Shown: positions 19,742 through 31,878 of the stretch, one piece after another
Layout: each line of letters opens with the position of its first letter
Numbering within the stretch: position 1 is the first letter of the stretch
Assembly: GCF_009914755.1 (NCBI RefSeq)
Contig: NC_060928.1
Reading direction: 5' to 3' (one strand)
DNA length: 64,000 nucleotides
Origin: the human T2T-CHM13v2.0 reference genome, Homo sapiens
Translations under genes and position numbers: made by a program
Notes under the pieces: generated by a model
Told to the model about the DNA's origin: nothing
Database searches by the model: none
The model's input: the letters and a program-made list of their open reading frames with translations, nothing else

Positions 19742-21076
19742 CTGTGAAGAAAGAATTTGTTCTATCAGAAAAGAGCAACAGCACAGAAAACACTGTTGAC
19801 AGGATTGTTACAAACATCTAAGATGAGAAAGTCAGGAGCTATTGGAGTAATTTTTTTAAACTGACCTAATCATTCAGTTTCTTTGAAAGGAGATGTGTAA
19901 TATAATATATGTGGGATCTTTCATGCAAATTTGTGTAAATATGTGTGCATATGCATGTATGTATGTGTGTGTAAGGAAGAAATGAAACAAAGCTATGACA
20001 CTGCAGTAGGAGGAGATAATGCTAGAAAATATTACACCCAGACACTTTATTTATAATATTATAATTACTAACATAGGTTATTGGAAGGTAGCTTTACTTG
20101 GCTTTAATTCTATTTTTTTTTGTAGTTCTACTAAATCTCTTGTGTTTATTTGGGGTCATTTTATTTTATTTTTTTCTGTTCAGTTCTTTTAGTTAGGAGT
20201 CATTGGAGCCATTACATGACTATGAGCAATGAGGAAAAGTTAGTTACAATTAGAATGATTTTATATCTACATTTATTTAGCTTCTTTAGCTCTCTAACCC
20301 TTTATATTTCACTTAGAGTTTCCTAGTCTTACCCCACTACCCCTCACTTCCCCCGACACCCCCACCCCCAAAAAACACCTTAAAAGCTGAAGTATAAGAA
20401 TCATTGACGTTCATCAGTCTGGTGTTGGGGCTTGGAATTTCCGGGAAATAGTTCTGAGAATTCCATTTATAATACAGTATTATATACTATTTAGTTACAT
20501 AATTAAGTGATCTTATTTCTCAGATCATTGTTTAGGTATGACTATGATACCTTTTGTCCTGAAATCACACTGTGAAATTGATGTGCTATTTATAACTTAC
20601 CATGAGGGACCCTCATCCTCACTTTGCTGTGTCTCACAGGGGGCACTTGAACCACAGTGGGAGAGGTCACCAAGCCTTTCTCCAGTGGAGATCTGCTCAC
20701 CCCCTAGAGTAGCTCCCTCACACTATATGAAGCTCCTGGTAAATATGTGTTTGCTTCGAAATGAATGAGAATTATTCTGACTTGTGTTTCCTGATGTGTT
20801 CCTGTTTTTAAACTTAAATCCATTCTCTAATGCCACATCAGTCAATGTATTCTCACACCAAAAAAAAAAAAAAAAGAAAAAGAAAGAGAGAAAGAGGAAA
20901 AGAAATGTAGACTCATAAGTTTCCCGGATATCATATCAAAATTGTATACTCATCTTTTTGTTGCTATTGTCCCTTTTGTTCTAAATTCTTTTTTTCTCAG
21001 TAAAATAATGACCAACCCCTTCTATCATAACAAATATACTTTCTGGTCCTAATCATTGGGGGAAATTTCTTTATAA

Positions 21077-21486
<410 letters not shown>

Positions 21487-22402
21487 TGATATCAGTTTTA
21501 ATTGGAGATTCAGTGTATGGCTATTAGAGTTAATTCATGAGGCATCCAGGAACTCAGTGTAATTGCAGTTGCCTGTAGCCACATTTAATGTAACTTCGGT
21601 TTAATGTTTTGTCTCATTCACTGACAAAAGTCTTCTTCATCCACCAAGTATTGAAGTAAAAAATCGTCTGTTTATAGACAGATCAGCACTGATCTCATTC
21701 TGTGACGTCTTTATGAAAGCAATGGTAATAGAAGATCAATGTAAGTAGTCTTGTAAAAGTATGAAAATTTAGGAAAAAAATCATTTTTCCCATATCTCTA
21801 TCTCAATTTAAAATGTGTACCATTTCATTATGGTTTTAATTCTATTTATATAACTCAATGTACATATGTGATGTTTATTTAGAAAATTTTTTCTCATTGT
21901 ATATGCCTTTTTATCCTACAAAAAAATTGTGATCTTGTTCTACTCATCATTCTGTTCCTTAGTTTCCAACTATACCTGTACTACAGCTGACAGTGTAATT
22001 AAACATTGTTTTGAAAAAATGGATTGTAATGGCTTGGTATGCGCATTGTATAAGTTTTTAACCATTTCTTAATGTAAGATATTTGAATTATTTCCAGAGT
22101 TTTTTAACGAATATTTGCTACTAATATTGAATCTTACCATCATGATTTATTCTCTGTACAGTTTCATGTGAATATATTACAAAGGCAATAACTATATGCA
22201 GTTTTCAAACACTTGATACTTTTTGGCAAGAGTCTTATTCTTTTGAAATATACAAACATTATCTGAGAATCTAATACATAATGGAAAAGCAAGCAAATTT
22301 GTGGCAACAATTATTTTGTGTACAAAAGAATTAGAGAATCGGTTTCACAATTATTTACTTAGATTCAAGTCTACCTTTTGCAGGTTAACAACAACAGCCA
22401 GT

Positions 22403-22648
22403 GCCGGGCACGGAGGCTCACACTTGTAATCCCAGCACTTTGGAAGGTTGAGGCAAGTGGATCACCTGAGGTCAGGAGTTCGAGACCAGCCTGGCCAACA
22501 TGGCGAAACTCTGTCTCTACTAAAAATACAAAAATTATCCGGATGTGTTGGTGGGTGCCTGTAATCCCAGCTACTTGGGAGTCTGAGGCAGGAGAATCAG
22601 AATCACTTGAACCTAGAGGGTGGAGGTTGCAGTGAGCTGAGATCATGG
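22403..22648 (+). mobile_element. AluS, 3'-truncated (no A-tail)
   Basis: GCCGGGCACGGAGGCTCAC... ends abruptly at GAGATCATGG. Confidence 0.88.
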
Positions 22649-23330
22649 TAGTATTAGTAATAATCACTATTGTACTACTAGTCATTTATTCCTTGTCCTC
22701 CTTATTCTCCTATTCTCTTCCCCCTGCTAATGGCACTATCACTTTCTTTTGATGTGAGTGAGGATTTTTTTTTGAGAATAAGATAAGAGTACACAGAATT
22801 ACCTTTTAAGCTAAAATATTAATGAAGTGCCTCCACCTTTGCAATACAACTTTAGCTTTCCAGCGTGTTCAACTGACTGCCCAAACTTAAACATTTATAT
22901 TTAAACAAGCACACAGAGTATCTGTTCTCTAGGATTTTGCTAGGAAAATCAATCATTATTAAATGAAGACTGATATCTTAAATGGCTGGCACATGTTAGC
23001 TAATTTAAAATATTAGAAATAATGACTAAAATAATAATCATAATATCAACAATATTTTTGGATCACTGGCTATGTGTCAGAGACAACTTAAGTGTTTTAT
23101 CTGTGGTAACTACTTTTTTCCACACAACACAATATGAAGTTGTGATTATTATTGTAAAAGTAGTCATGATTGCCTAAACTCATGTAAAAGTTCCTAAATA
23201 TTCTTTACATTGTACAAAGTTGCCTTTCTGTAATATTACACATTGAGAACATTGGGATTTTTTTTGAAAGGAAATCTGATCATATCTCTTCATTTCTTAA
23301 CTCTTTTCAGTAGCTCTCCATTGTCCTTAA

Positions 23331-23662
<332 letters not shown>

Positions 23663-23764
23663 CATCATTGACTTTTACTCAACCTTTTCCTGTAAACTAA
23701 ATTTGGAGTCCTGGGAACTGCCCTTACTGCTTTTCTACTTTTCTGCCTTAATGCAAGACTTTAC

Positions 23765-24082
23765 TTTTTTGTTTGTTTATTTGTTTGTTTTTGAGACAGA
23801 GTCTCACTCCGTCGCACAGGCTAGAGTTCAGTGGTGTGGTCTCAGCTCACTGCAGCCTCTGCCCCCAGACTCAAGCAAGCCTCCTGCCTCAGCCTCTTAA
23901 GTAGCTGGGACTATGAGACTACAGGCACACACCAGCATGCCTGGCTATTATTTTTATTTTTGTTAGAGATGAGGTTTTACCATGTTGCCCAGGCTGGTCT
24001 CAAACTCCTGAGCCCAAGCAATCGTCCCTTCTCTGCCTCCCAAAATTCAGGGATTATAGGTGTGAGCCACCTTGCCTGGCCT
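23765..24082 (-). mobile_element. AluJ-like
   Basis: Antisense Alu with J-type features (CCTGAGCCCAAGCAATC). Confidence 0.85.
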
Positions 24083-24645
24083 CTGGTTTTCTTTTTGGGT
24101 CTTTCTCATCCCCTCATCGTTTCACCTATCTCTGCACATTATTGAGTACTCACTTTAATTGTCAATGAGTTTGGGATCTCTTCTGCATATTTCTTTATCA
24201 TTGTGGTCTTTCCTTATAACACTTTTTAGACTTTTCTTTTTCACTTGTTTTTATTCTATCTTTCAAAGTACAATGTTAGGCATGAGGGCGCAGAAACTGT
24301 GCTACCTTTATTCTCTGAAAATCCAGCACTTACCTGTGGTTTGCATTAATCACTCTACAAATATTTTTTGAAGAAATGAACCATACTATCTTGTGGGTTG
24401 CACAATGAAGGCCTTACTTTAACCAACCCTGTTTTCAAAATCTCCCTAGTAATCCTCTTTGGTCTTTAATGATAATAACATTCACATACTTGTGATAGTA
24501 TAGAAATATATGATTTTCTAATGGCAAGTCCTTTTTTTTGACCTCCCATATTCCCCTCACTCTGAGTTAAACACTCTGAAAGAAACATATCCAGCCATTC
24601 CTTCTGAAAATGTCAAGCAAACAAATGAAACAAGAATATGTTCAC

Positions 24646-24794
24646 CTTAGGCAAGGGTTTGGCTGGTTTACAGTGAAGTCCTCCAACAAAATCAACATTT
24701 GGTAAGAATGGGCGAGGAAATTCAAAATCCCAATAGGTTCGAATGAGCCACATTTCAGCTTTCCCCATTGTCTCAAATAATGTAGTGGGTCTTC
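24646..24794 (-). CDS. UGT2B17: UGT2B17 coding exon 2 (149 nt)
   Basis: Acceptor TTTTCCATCAG|GA, donor AAG|GTGAAC. Encodes [49 protein letters not shown]. Confidence 0.97.
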
Positions 24795-24924
24795 CTGATG
24801 GAAAAAAACAAAACAAAACAAAAGGTAGCTAACACGAGAATTGTTATTTTAATATTGAATATGCAGGTATTTTCCTGAAAGGACTTGGAATAACATACCT
24901 AAAAATATATAAAATGTCTGCACA

Positions 24925-25310
24925 TTGATAATATATATAAATACATTTATATAATATAATACATTATATTAAATACATTATATTAAATTAATGTATATTA
25001 AATAATATTAAATACATTATATTAAATTAATGTATTTAATATATGTTAATATATTTTAATTTAATAGTATTTAATTTTTAATTTTTAATATTTAATAAAG
25101 TTTAATATTTAATATTAATAAAATTTTATTAATTTTATTTTATTAATAAAACATTAATAAAGTTAATAAAATTAAACAATATTTAATATTTAATTTAATA
25201 TTTAATATTTAATAGTTTTAATTTAATATTTAAATTATTTAATAAAATAATTTAATACAATGTAAATACATTATATTAAATACATTTATATAGTCATCAT
25301 TTAATTTTTA
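24925..25310. repeat. Extremely AT-rich low-complexity tract
   Basis: Nearly pure A/T, with repeated TAAATACATTATATTAAA and TTTAATA units. Confidence 0.85.
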
Positions 25311-25439
25311 TGTATTGCATATGTTGCTCATATGTATATATAAGGAAGGCAAAGTGTTCAGAGAGCTGTAAGAAGAAATCACATCTTTAATGTAACATCA
25401 GTATATTCACAATCATAAATAATTATTAAAATAAGTCAC

Positions 25440-25818
25440 TAATATGGTTTGACTGTCCCCACCCAAATCTCCTCTCATCTTGAATTATAATCCCCATAAT
25501 CCCCATGTGTCGAGGGAGGGACCCAGTGGCAGGTGATTGGATCATGGTGTGGATTCCTCCATGCTGTTCTCATGATATTGAGTGAGCTCTCATGAGATCT
25601 GATAGTTTTATAAGTGTCTGGTATTTCCCCTGCTCGCACTTCTCTCTCCTGCCACTAAGTGAGAAGATCCAAGCTTGCTTCCCCTTAGCCTTTCACCATG
25701 ATTCTAAGTTTCTTGAGGCATCCCAGTCATGTGGAACTGAGTCTATTAAACTTCTTTTCTTTATAAATTACCCAGTCTCAGGTATTTCTTTACAGCAGTG
25801 TGAGAATGGACTAATGTA
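25440..25818 (+). mobile_element. MaLR solo LTR (MSTA-like)
   Basis: TAATATGGTTTGACTGTCCCCACCCAAATCTC...GGACTAATGTA; flanks GTCAC/GCCAC. Confidence 0.85.
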
Positions 25819-26834
25819 GCCACTATGAACTTAAATACACATTTGTCTTCCTTCTGAAGCTGCAATAGTAACAAATATACCTTTAAACAACTCTTTCAGT
25901 TCCACAATTAATTCATCTTACCTTACCCATGAAAACAGCTTTCCAGGAAGTACTCTAGTGTCTACAGTTTATTAAGCTAGTCCCTTGATCCTTGGTTCTC
26001 AAAGTAAACCATGAGTTTTTTGAGCTCAACACTGAAATCTTTACACCTACTACTGTCTTGGTTCATCTTAAGATCTTAATATAATTAGATTTTTAAAATA
26101 AATATATTTACAAATGAGAATTAAAAATTTTTCAGAATTTATTGACATAGAGATATGTGCTCTTCCTTATTTTGGCCCCTATTTTCTTTGATGGAGAGAT
26201 GCAGTTTAATAAAATATAGATTAAAACTTAGATGTTCACTTTCAACAAGATTTCAGTTTTTGAAGGAAATAATTGTGAAGTTGTTATTGAAGGAATGTAT
26301 AAACATTAGAAATCTCAAGTTTTAGGCTTCTGTTTCTGGAGTAGAGCCACTATATTTCTCAACTGTGAAGGAATCCTTCTTATATGAAAAACAAAATTTA
26401 ATTTCTAAATGAGGAAACTGAGGTACTCAGGTACAAGTTCCTCAATCCTGCATTGATAATATTTTTAGAAATATGTGTAAATATAAAATTTGTATGTCTG
26501 CCTTCATGAAGATGTTTCTTGAAGTATCTATTGACTTTTTTAAAGATGAAAAAATGTATAGCAAAATGATATGTGATGGCTTAAAGAAATCATAAGTGTT
26601 TTACATTGAAGGTTTATGACTCTCTTGGTGTCCTGTAGCAGTGATGGCACCAGGGTTCTAACTGATTCTATAAGGTCAACATTCTATATTTTTGAGACTC
26701 ATAGATCATCTTACATTTGCAATTCATAATTTCCCATAAAAACACTATCTTCTGACATTATATTTATATAAGCCCACCTTCAAAGGCACAGGAAAATTAG
26801 AACTTAATAAACACCAATTGGACACACGACTTAC

Positions 26835-27558
26835 CTAGAACTTCACTATAAAACTGGTCCCACTTCTTCAGATCATATGCTTGAAACCAAAAGTCAAAAT
26901 AAAGCATATATATCATATTTTTTATCCTCTCCATGAAAATCATTTGATCACTTAATTCTGACATAACAACAGGTACATAGGAAGGAGGGAACAGAAATCC
27001 TCCACCATTCTTCTCAACTGTGTAGCCAACAGAGAAGCGGAGACTGTACAGAAAGGGTATGTTAAGTAGCTCAGCCAGCAGCTCACCACAGGGATTAACG
27101 GCATCTGCCAGAAGGACATCAAATTTTGACTCTTGTAGTTTTCTCATAAGTTTCTTGTTCAAAACTGCATCTTCACAGAGCTTTATATTATAGTCAGAAT
27201 ATTCCCAACACAATTCTTGTAGTTGTGAAAAATATGACCAAAATGTATTTTTTGAAATACTATATGTCCATCTATCGAACATTTTCATAAAAAAATCTTC
27301 CAAATCATTTTTAGTTAAAGATGTAGGATAAACTTCTAATTTAATAGCAGATGATTTACTGGCATTGACAAGAATAGAAGCCGAAGATGTCAACACAATC
27401 ACCTCATGACCCCTCTGAACAAGCTCTTCCAGGATTGTCTTCATATTTATCCAATGGCTGTATTCTGTGGGCCACACCAGCACCTTTCCACAACTCCCAG
27501 AGCTAAAGTAACAACTGAGCTGCATCAGCAGAAAGACTGACATCCATTTCAGAGACAT
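26835..27558 (-). CDS. UGT2B17: UGT2B17 coding exon 1 (724 nt; signal peptide and aglycone-binding domain)
   Basis: [36 protein letters not shown]...; donor CTAG|GTAAGT. Residues [19 protein letters not shown] and WEYSDY match UGT2B17 rather than UGT2B15. Confidence 0.97.
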
Positions 27559-27730
27559 CCTGGTCTTATGCAATGCTTCTTTTCCAGTTGTTGTTTCTTT
27601 CTGTCATTTCTCATACTTATATCTGAGGAAAAATCAATCAAGTTAAAATATAACTGCTAAAATTTGAGTTGACCTCATATTTATTTTAGTGTGTTTGGTG
27701 TTCTTTTATATTCACAATTACTCTAGTCAA
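27559..27730 (-). promoter_or_regulatory. UGT2B17: UGT2B17 proximal promoter: Pbx-like TTGATTGATT (27632-27641), HNF1-like GTTAAAATATAAC (27642-27654), FOXA site (about 27704-27716)
   Basis: Motifs seen directly. HNF1A, Pbx and FOXA1 control of this promoter is established knowledge. Confidence 0.75.
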
Positions 27731-27879
27731 GCAATAATTTTTATGACCTAGAATATGTAAGTAACCTGTCTTATGTAATTATTTTATAATACTGTTAAGA
27801 ACAGTGGCAGGTGAGAGGCTCCTGCCTGTTCGGTGCCCTTGACATAGAGAGAAGAAGTAATTATACAACTCAAACGCCA

Positions 27880-28160
27880 TTTTTTAATATTGTGGTGCAA
27901 GTAATGTCTTCTAAAACTTTGTTGACACATAATTCATATACCATATGACTCACCAATTAGTGTGTACAGTTCAATGTTTCCTAGTATATTCACAGAATTT
28001 TACTTTCACTACAATAATCAGTATTATCTCCAAAAGATTCTATACAATAGCCTCTAACCCCCCACTCTGAAATTTTGCATCCATCCTACCCTAGGCAACC
28101 ACTAATCTAATTTCTATCTCTATAGATTAGCATTTTCTGGACCCTTTAAAAAATAAATGA
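27880..28160 (-). mobile_element. Ancient L1M 3' end (left part; host of the L1PB insertion)
   Basis: GGCAACCACTAATCT...TTTTCTGGAC joins in register to AATCATACAATGTATGGTC at about 46370. Confidence 0.7.
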
Positions 28161-29658
28161 GGGTTTTCCAGTGATCATGGCAGATGGGATGCAGGACTAG
28201 ATTGCAGCTCCAGACAGAGCAGCATGCAGAGGCTTGCATTGTGAATTTTAGCTGCAGATCAACTGCAAGGACAGACCAGCAATTCTGAGAGGATCCACAC
28301 ACCCTCTGCAGGAAGCGTACTGCTCCTGCAGGACCTGGGAGACATCCCAAACACTGTGAGTGCCCCAACAATGGAAGTGGGAAAGGGTGATCCCCCTCTC
28401 CAGAATACACATCCCCACTGGAGAAGCTGAAGTTCTGTTTGCAGGAGAAGTTCCTGACTTTATGTGAAGCTGAGTCAAATTAGAGAACCAAGCCAAGCAA
28501 AATATAGGGGTAGAGGAAGTAGCAGAAAGGTACTGGGAGCTCTCTGGATACCCAAGCAGCTCATTCCTGCCTGGCACCACAGTGATCCTTTAGGAGGGTG
28601 GCCAGCGGAGCAGGGGGTTCAAAGATTCTTCTGGGGCCTGAAAGCTTGAAGGGATGAGTAACTCCTCCCTTCTCAGGCCCAGTCCCAAGATGCAAGGCTG
28701 CTTGCATCAGCAGCGTGTGTCAGCAAGATAGCAGAAGCAGGAAGAGAGCCGGCCAGAAGACACCTACCCTGGCTGGAGACATGAACCCTTGAAGATCAAG
28801 AGGCCATCCAGATACTACATAGCAGTCACGTTAGATTGGGACACTTACTCTTTACAGAGAACTATAAAACCACTGTCCCATCCTCACTTGGGGCTGATGC
28901 CATTTTAGGCCTCAGCCCACCTGCACCCAGGCACTCATTAAAACAGCACGCTGCTCCGCACTGCCTCGTGTTGTCTGTTGGCATGCTCTCAGGGATCAAA
29001 CCAATTCAAGAACCTTATATCTGGTGCCAAAACCTGGGTGGGGCTCAGGTCTGTGTCCCTTGTGGACCTACCCCTCCACCCCAGAGAGCAAGCCACAGCA
29101 ACCAGACAAAGGAAACTCCTCAGCCTCCAGTTGCCTCTCTGTGCATGTGTAGCAGGATGAGCCACAGACAAAACTTCTCAGACACCAAGTTGTAGAAGGA
29201 AGGGCTTTATTCAGCTGGGAGCATCGGCAAGCTACTGCCTTAAAATCCAAGCTCCTCAAGTGCGCAATTTTTGTCCTTTTTAAGGGCTCACAACACTAAA
29301 GATTTCACATGAAATGGTCGTGATTGATTTAAGCAAGCAGTGGGTATGTGACAGGTGCTGCATGCACTGCTGGTCAGAGAGAAACAGAACAGGGCAGGGG
29401 GTTTTACAGTGTTCTTCTGTACAATGTCTGGAATCTCTGAATAACATCGGTTTCTAAGTTATGAGTTGATTTTTAACTACTGGGTTTAGGTCAGGCAGGC
29501 CCAGGCCTGGTTTCAGGCCTGGAGCCAGGCTGCCTGTCTTTGGTTTTACTTCTTTGTTGTTTTTTCTTAAAACAGGTACTGAGCATAAAATAATATAAAA
29601 TAATCTGAGAGGGTCCTTCTCTTCCTTCATTCCCCCCTTTTGAGACTCTCACTTTTTA

Positions 29659-31878
29659 TTAGTGGGAGTTCTCACTCATTTTTTTACTTATGTCTTTTTG
29701 TGGAATAGACTGATAGTGATTCATATAGTACAGTTGTGCTGAAGCATTTTGTTGAACTAAGGTAGCGATGAAGCTTTTTATCATTTGAAGAAGTACAGGT
29801 AGCAAACAAGGGAGCAGTAAGCAGGTTTTTATAATTATTGTAACTCCTATTATAAGAGTTTTAAATTTTTCTAGTGCTGGGAACCACTTTCTAAACATGG
29901 CTTCAGGGTTGAATCCGTGCTACACTTGCACAGGTACATGTGCCAGTTTTGTCATATTTTTAACTATGTCTTTAATAACTTGCCTGATTATCTATGTGTA
30001 GACAGTAATTAGTAAGGTTAAATTTTTCACAAACTCCTCCTTCAGCTGCTAGCAAGTAGTCAAGAGCTAGTCTATTTTGATAGATTGCATTTCTCATCTG
30101 AGTCTCTTGCCGGGCAAGAACGGTCAAGGCTTGACCGGTTTTATTAGTAAAAATTTCTAAAACAGCTTGTAACCGTATGATTCGGTTGAGCATGTAGATG
30201 GGGGTCCAATATCCTCATGAGCCATCTTGTGCCTAAGTGGCGGGTCCATAGTATTGTATGATTTTTTTCAGGGGGCTATTTATCATCTTTTCCTATGGCT
30301 ATGCTTCATTTTTTTGTTCCCAGGAAGCATAGACTGGGAAGCCTAGAAGTTCATGTTTTTATGGGCAGTAAGAAGAAAGAAGGCTTAATGGTGCGAATTA
30401 CACAGCTACCTGTCTACTGATCAGGCAGCTTAGCATAAGCTTTGTGTCCACATATATCCAGTATAATCCGGTGGGGGCCGTCCAGTCCCAGTGGAATTCT
30501 GGGTGGGCCCAAACAGTCTGCAACTTTGGAAATTTACTGAATGGATTTCTTTCTGTGTAATTGGAACTCCACCATGTGACTGTTTTTGTGGTACTATTAT
30601 AGAGCTTTTGTCTAAGACAGCTAAGCTGCCTTACAGGATGAGTGAATCCTTTTCCTTCTTTAGCTATGCAATACTGTCTAATAATTGAGACTTTTAGAAC
30701 CTAGAGATGATCAGGGTGATTCTTTTGGGCTGGGAATTCATCAGGAAATGGGTCTGTAGGAACTAATTCTTGGGCTTCCTATGGCCATTGATCTACTGTT
30801 ATGGTTCCTCCACAAACATAATATGAGGTGACTTGTAGAGACTGGGCTACGTGTTAGGCTAATTGCAAAAAGAAATTTTTAGTTTTTCCTGGAATCTCAG
30901 GTACTGGCACATTTAGTTCATCATAGAAAGTCTGAAACACTGGTTCTGGAGAGCGTTTTTGAACCTCTCCTTTTATTAGGATGCTTACATTAGGATCTAG
31001 TCCCTTTTTATCCATGTCTAATGATATATATTTTTCTTTTATTTTACTTTGGGTCTGAGGGGTTAGTGATTATCAATTCTAAAAGTTTGTAGCTCCTATT
31101 CATGCAAGAGGGGCTGAGTTTTCCTTTTTGGAGTCAAACACGATCTTTTTTATTTTCCTTTTAAGTAGTCTGAATGACACGAGACCAGTATTGACACATC
31201 TCACATAAATATGATTTTTGACAGATATACTTATTTTTTTTACTGTGTAACTTTCTTTTTTAATTTAGAGAATCACATCCTGTTTCATGCTGCTTACTAT
31301 TAATAGCGGCACAAGTGTCAAATTTTAAGGTTACATTTTGAGGAGCTCTGTTTTTTTCGGTTCTACCTATTACCTTACTTGTGTCACATAGAAAAGGAGC
31401 AGTCCTTAATTTTATTTTAAAAACTGTGATCATGGGAGGCTTAAAATTGTTCATAACACACATCAGGTTGGTTATTTCCTGGGCTACATACCTTGGATAG
31501 AATAGCATTATACAAACAATTTGTTGTTGTTTTTGTTGCTATTTAATTTTTTTAGAGTCCTCGGGCGTCCGTGATATTAGTGTTAGTCAGTTTTGTTGTG
31601 AGTGTTAGAAAGAGGGCATATAGAACCAGGAAGCTGATAAGAAAGACGATTATGAGGGCGTGATCATGGAGGGCAATTAGCTCTTTTATAATAACCATAA
31701 AGTAATTAGCTCTTTTATAATAACTATAAAGTAATAGGACTGTAGCAATCTTTTGTTCCACCTCAGTGACTTGATGTATATACTGGAAACAGTTCTTAGT
31801 CTGAGGAAGGTCAGTTGAAGTCCTTCCTGTACAAGTCCAAATTCTGAGGAAAATGAGTCCTGCGATGAGTCTCCTCAT
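29659..31878 (-). pseudogene. HERV-E-type env pseudogene (many stops; NUMT inserted)
   Basis: Signal peptide [16 protein letters not shown]; SU fragments; TM with immunosuppressive motif [18 protein letters not shown]. Confidence 0.88.
31560..31693 (-). pseudogene. NUMT: mitochondrial COX2 (MT-CO2) fragment, about codons 16-59
   Basis: Translates [44 protein letters not shown] versus human COX2 [44 protein letters not shown] (ATA = Met in the mitochondrial code). Confidence 0.93.

Noticed and set aside
26835-27558. Calling the gene UGT2B15
   Set aside because: N-terminal residues ([23 protein letters not shown]) fit UGT2B17; UGT2B15 differs at these positions.
27559-27573. MHKTR N-terminal extension in the ORF track
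   Set aside because: It starts at TTG. The true ATG is 27558, and the ORF's tail beyond 26835 is intron read-through.
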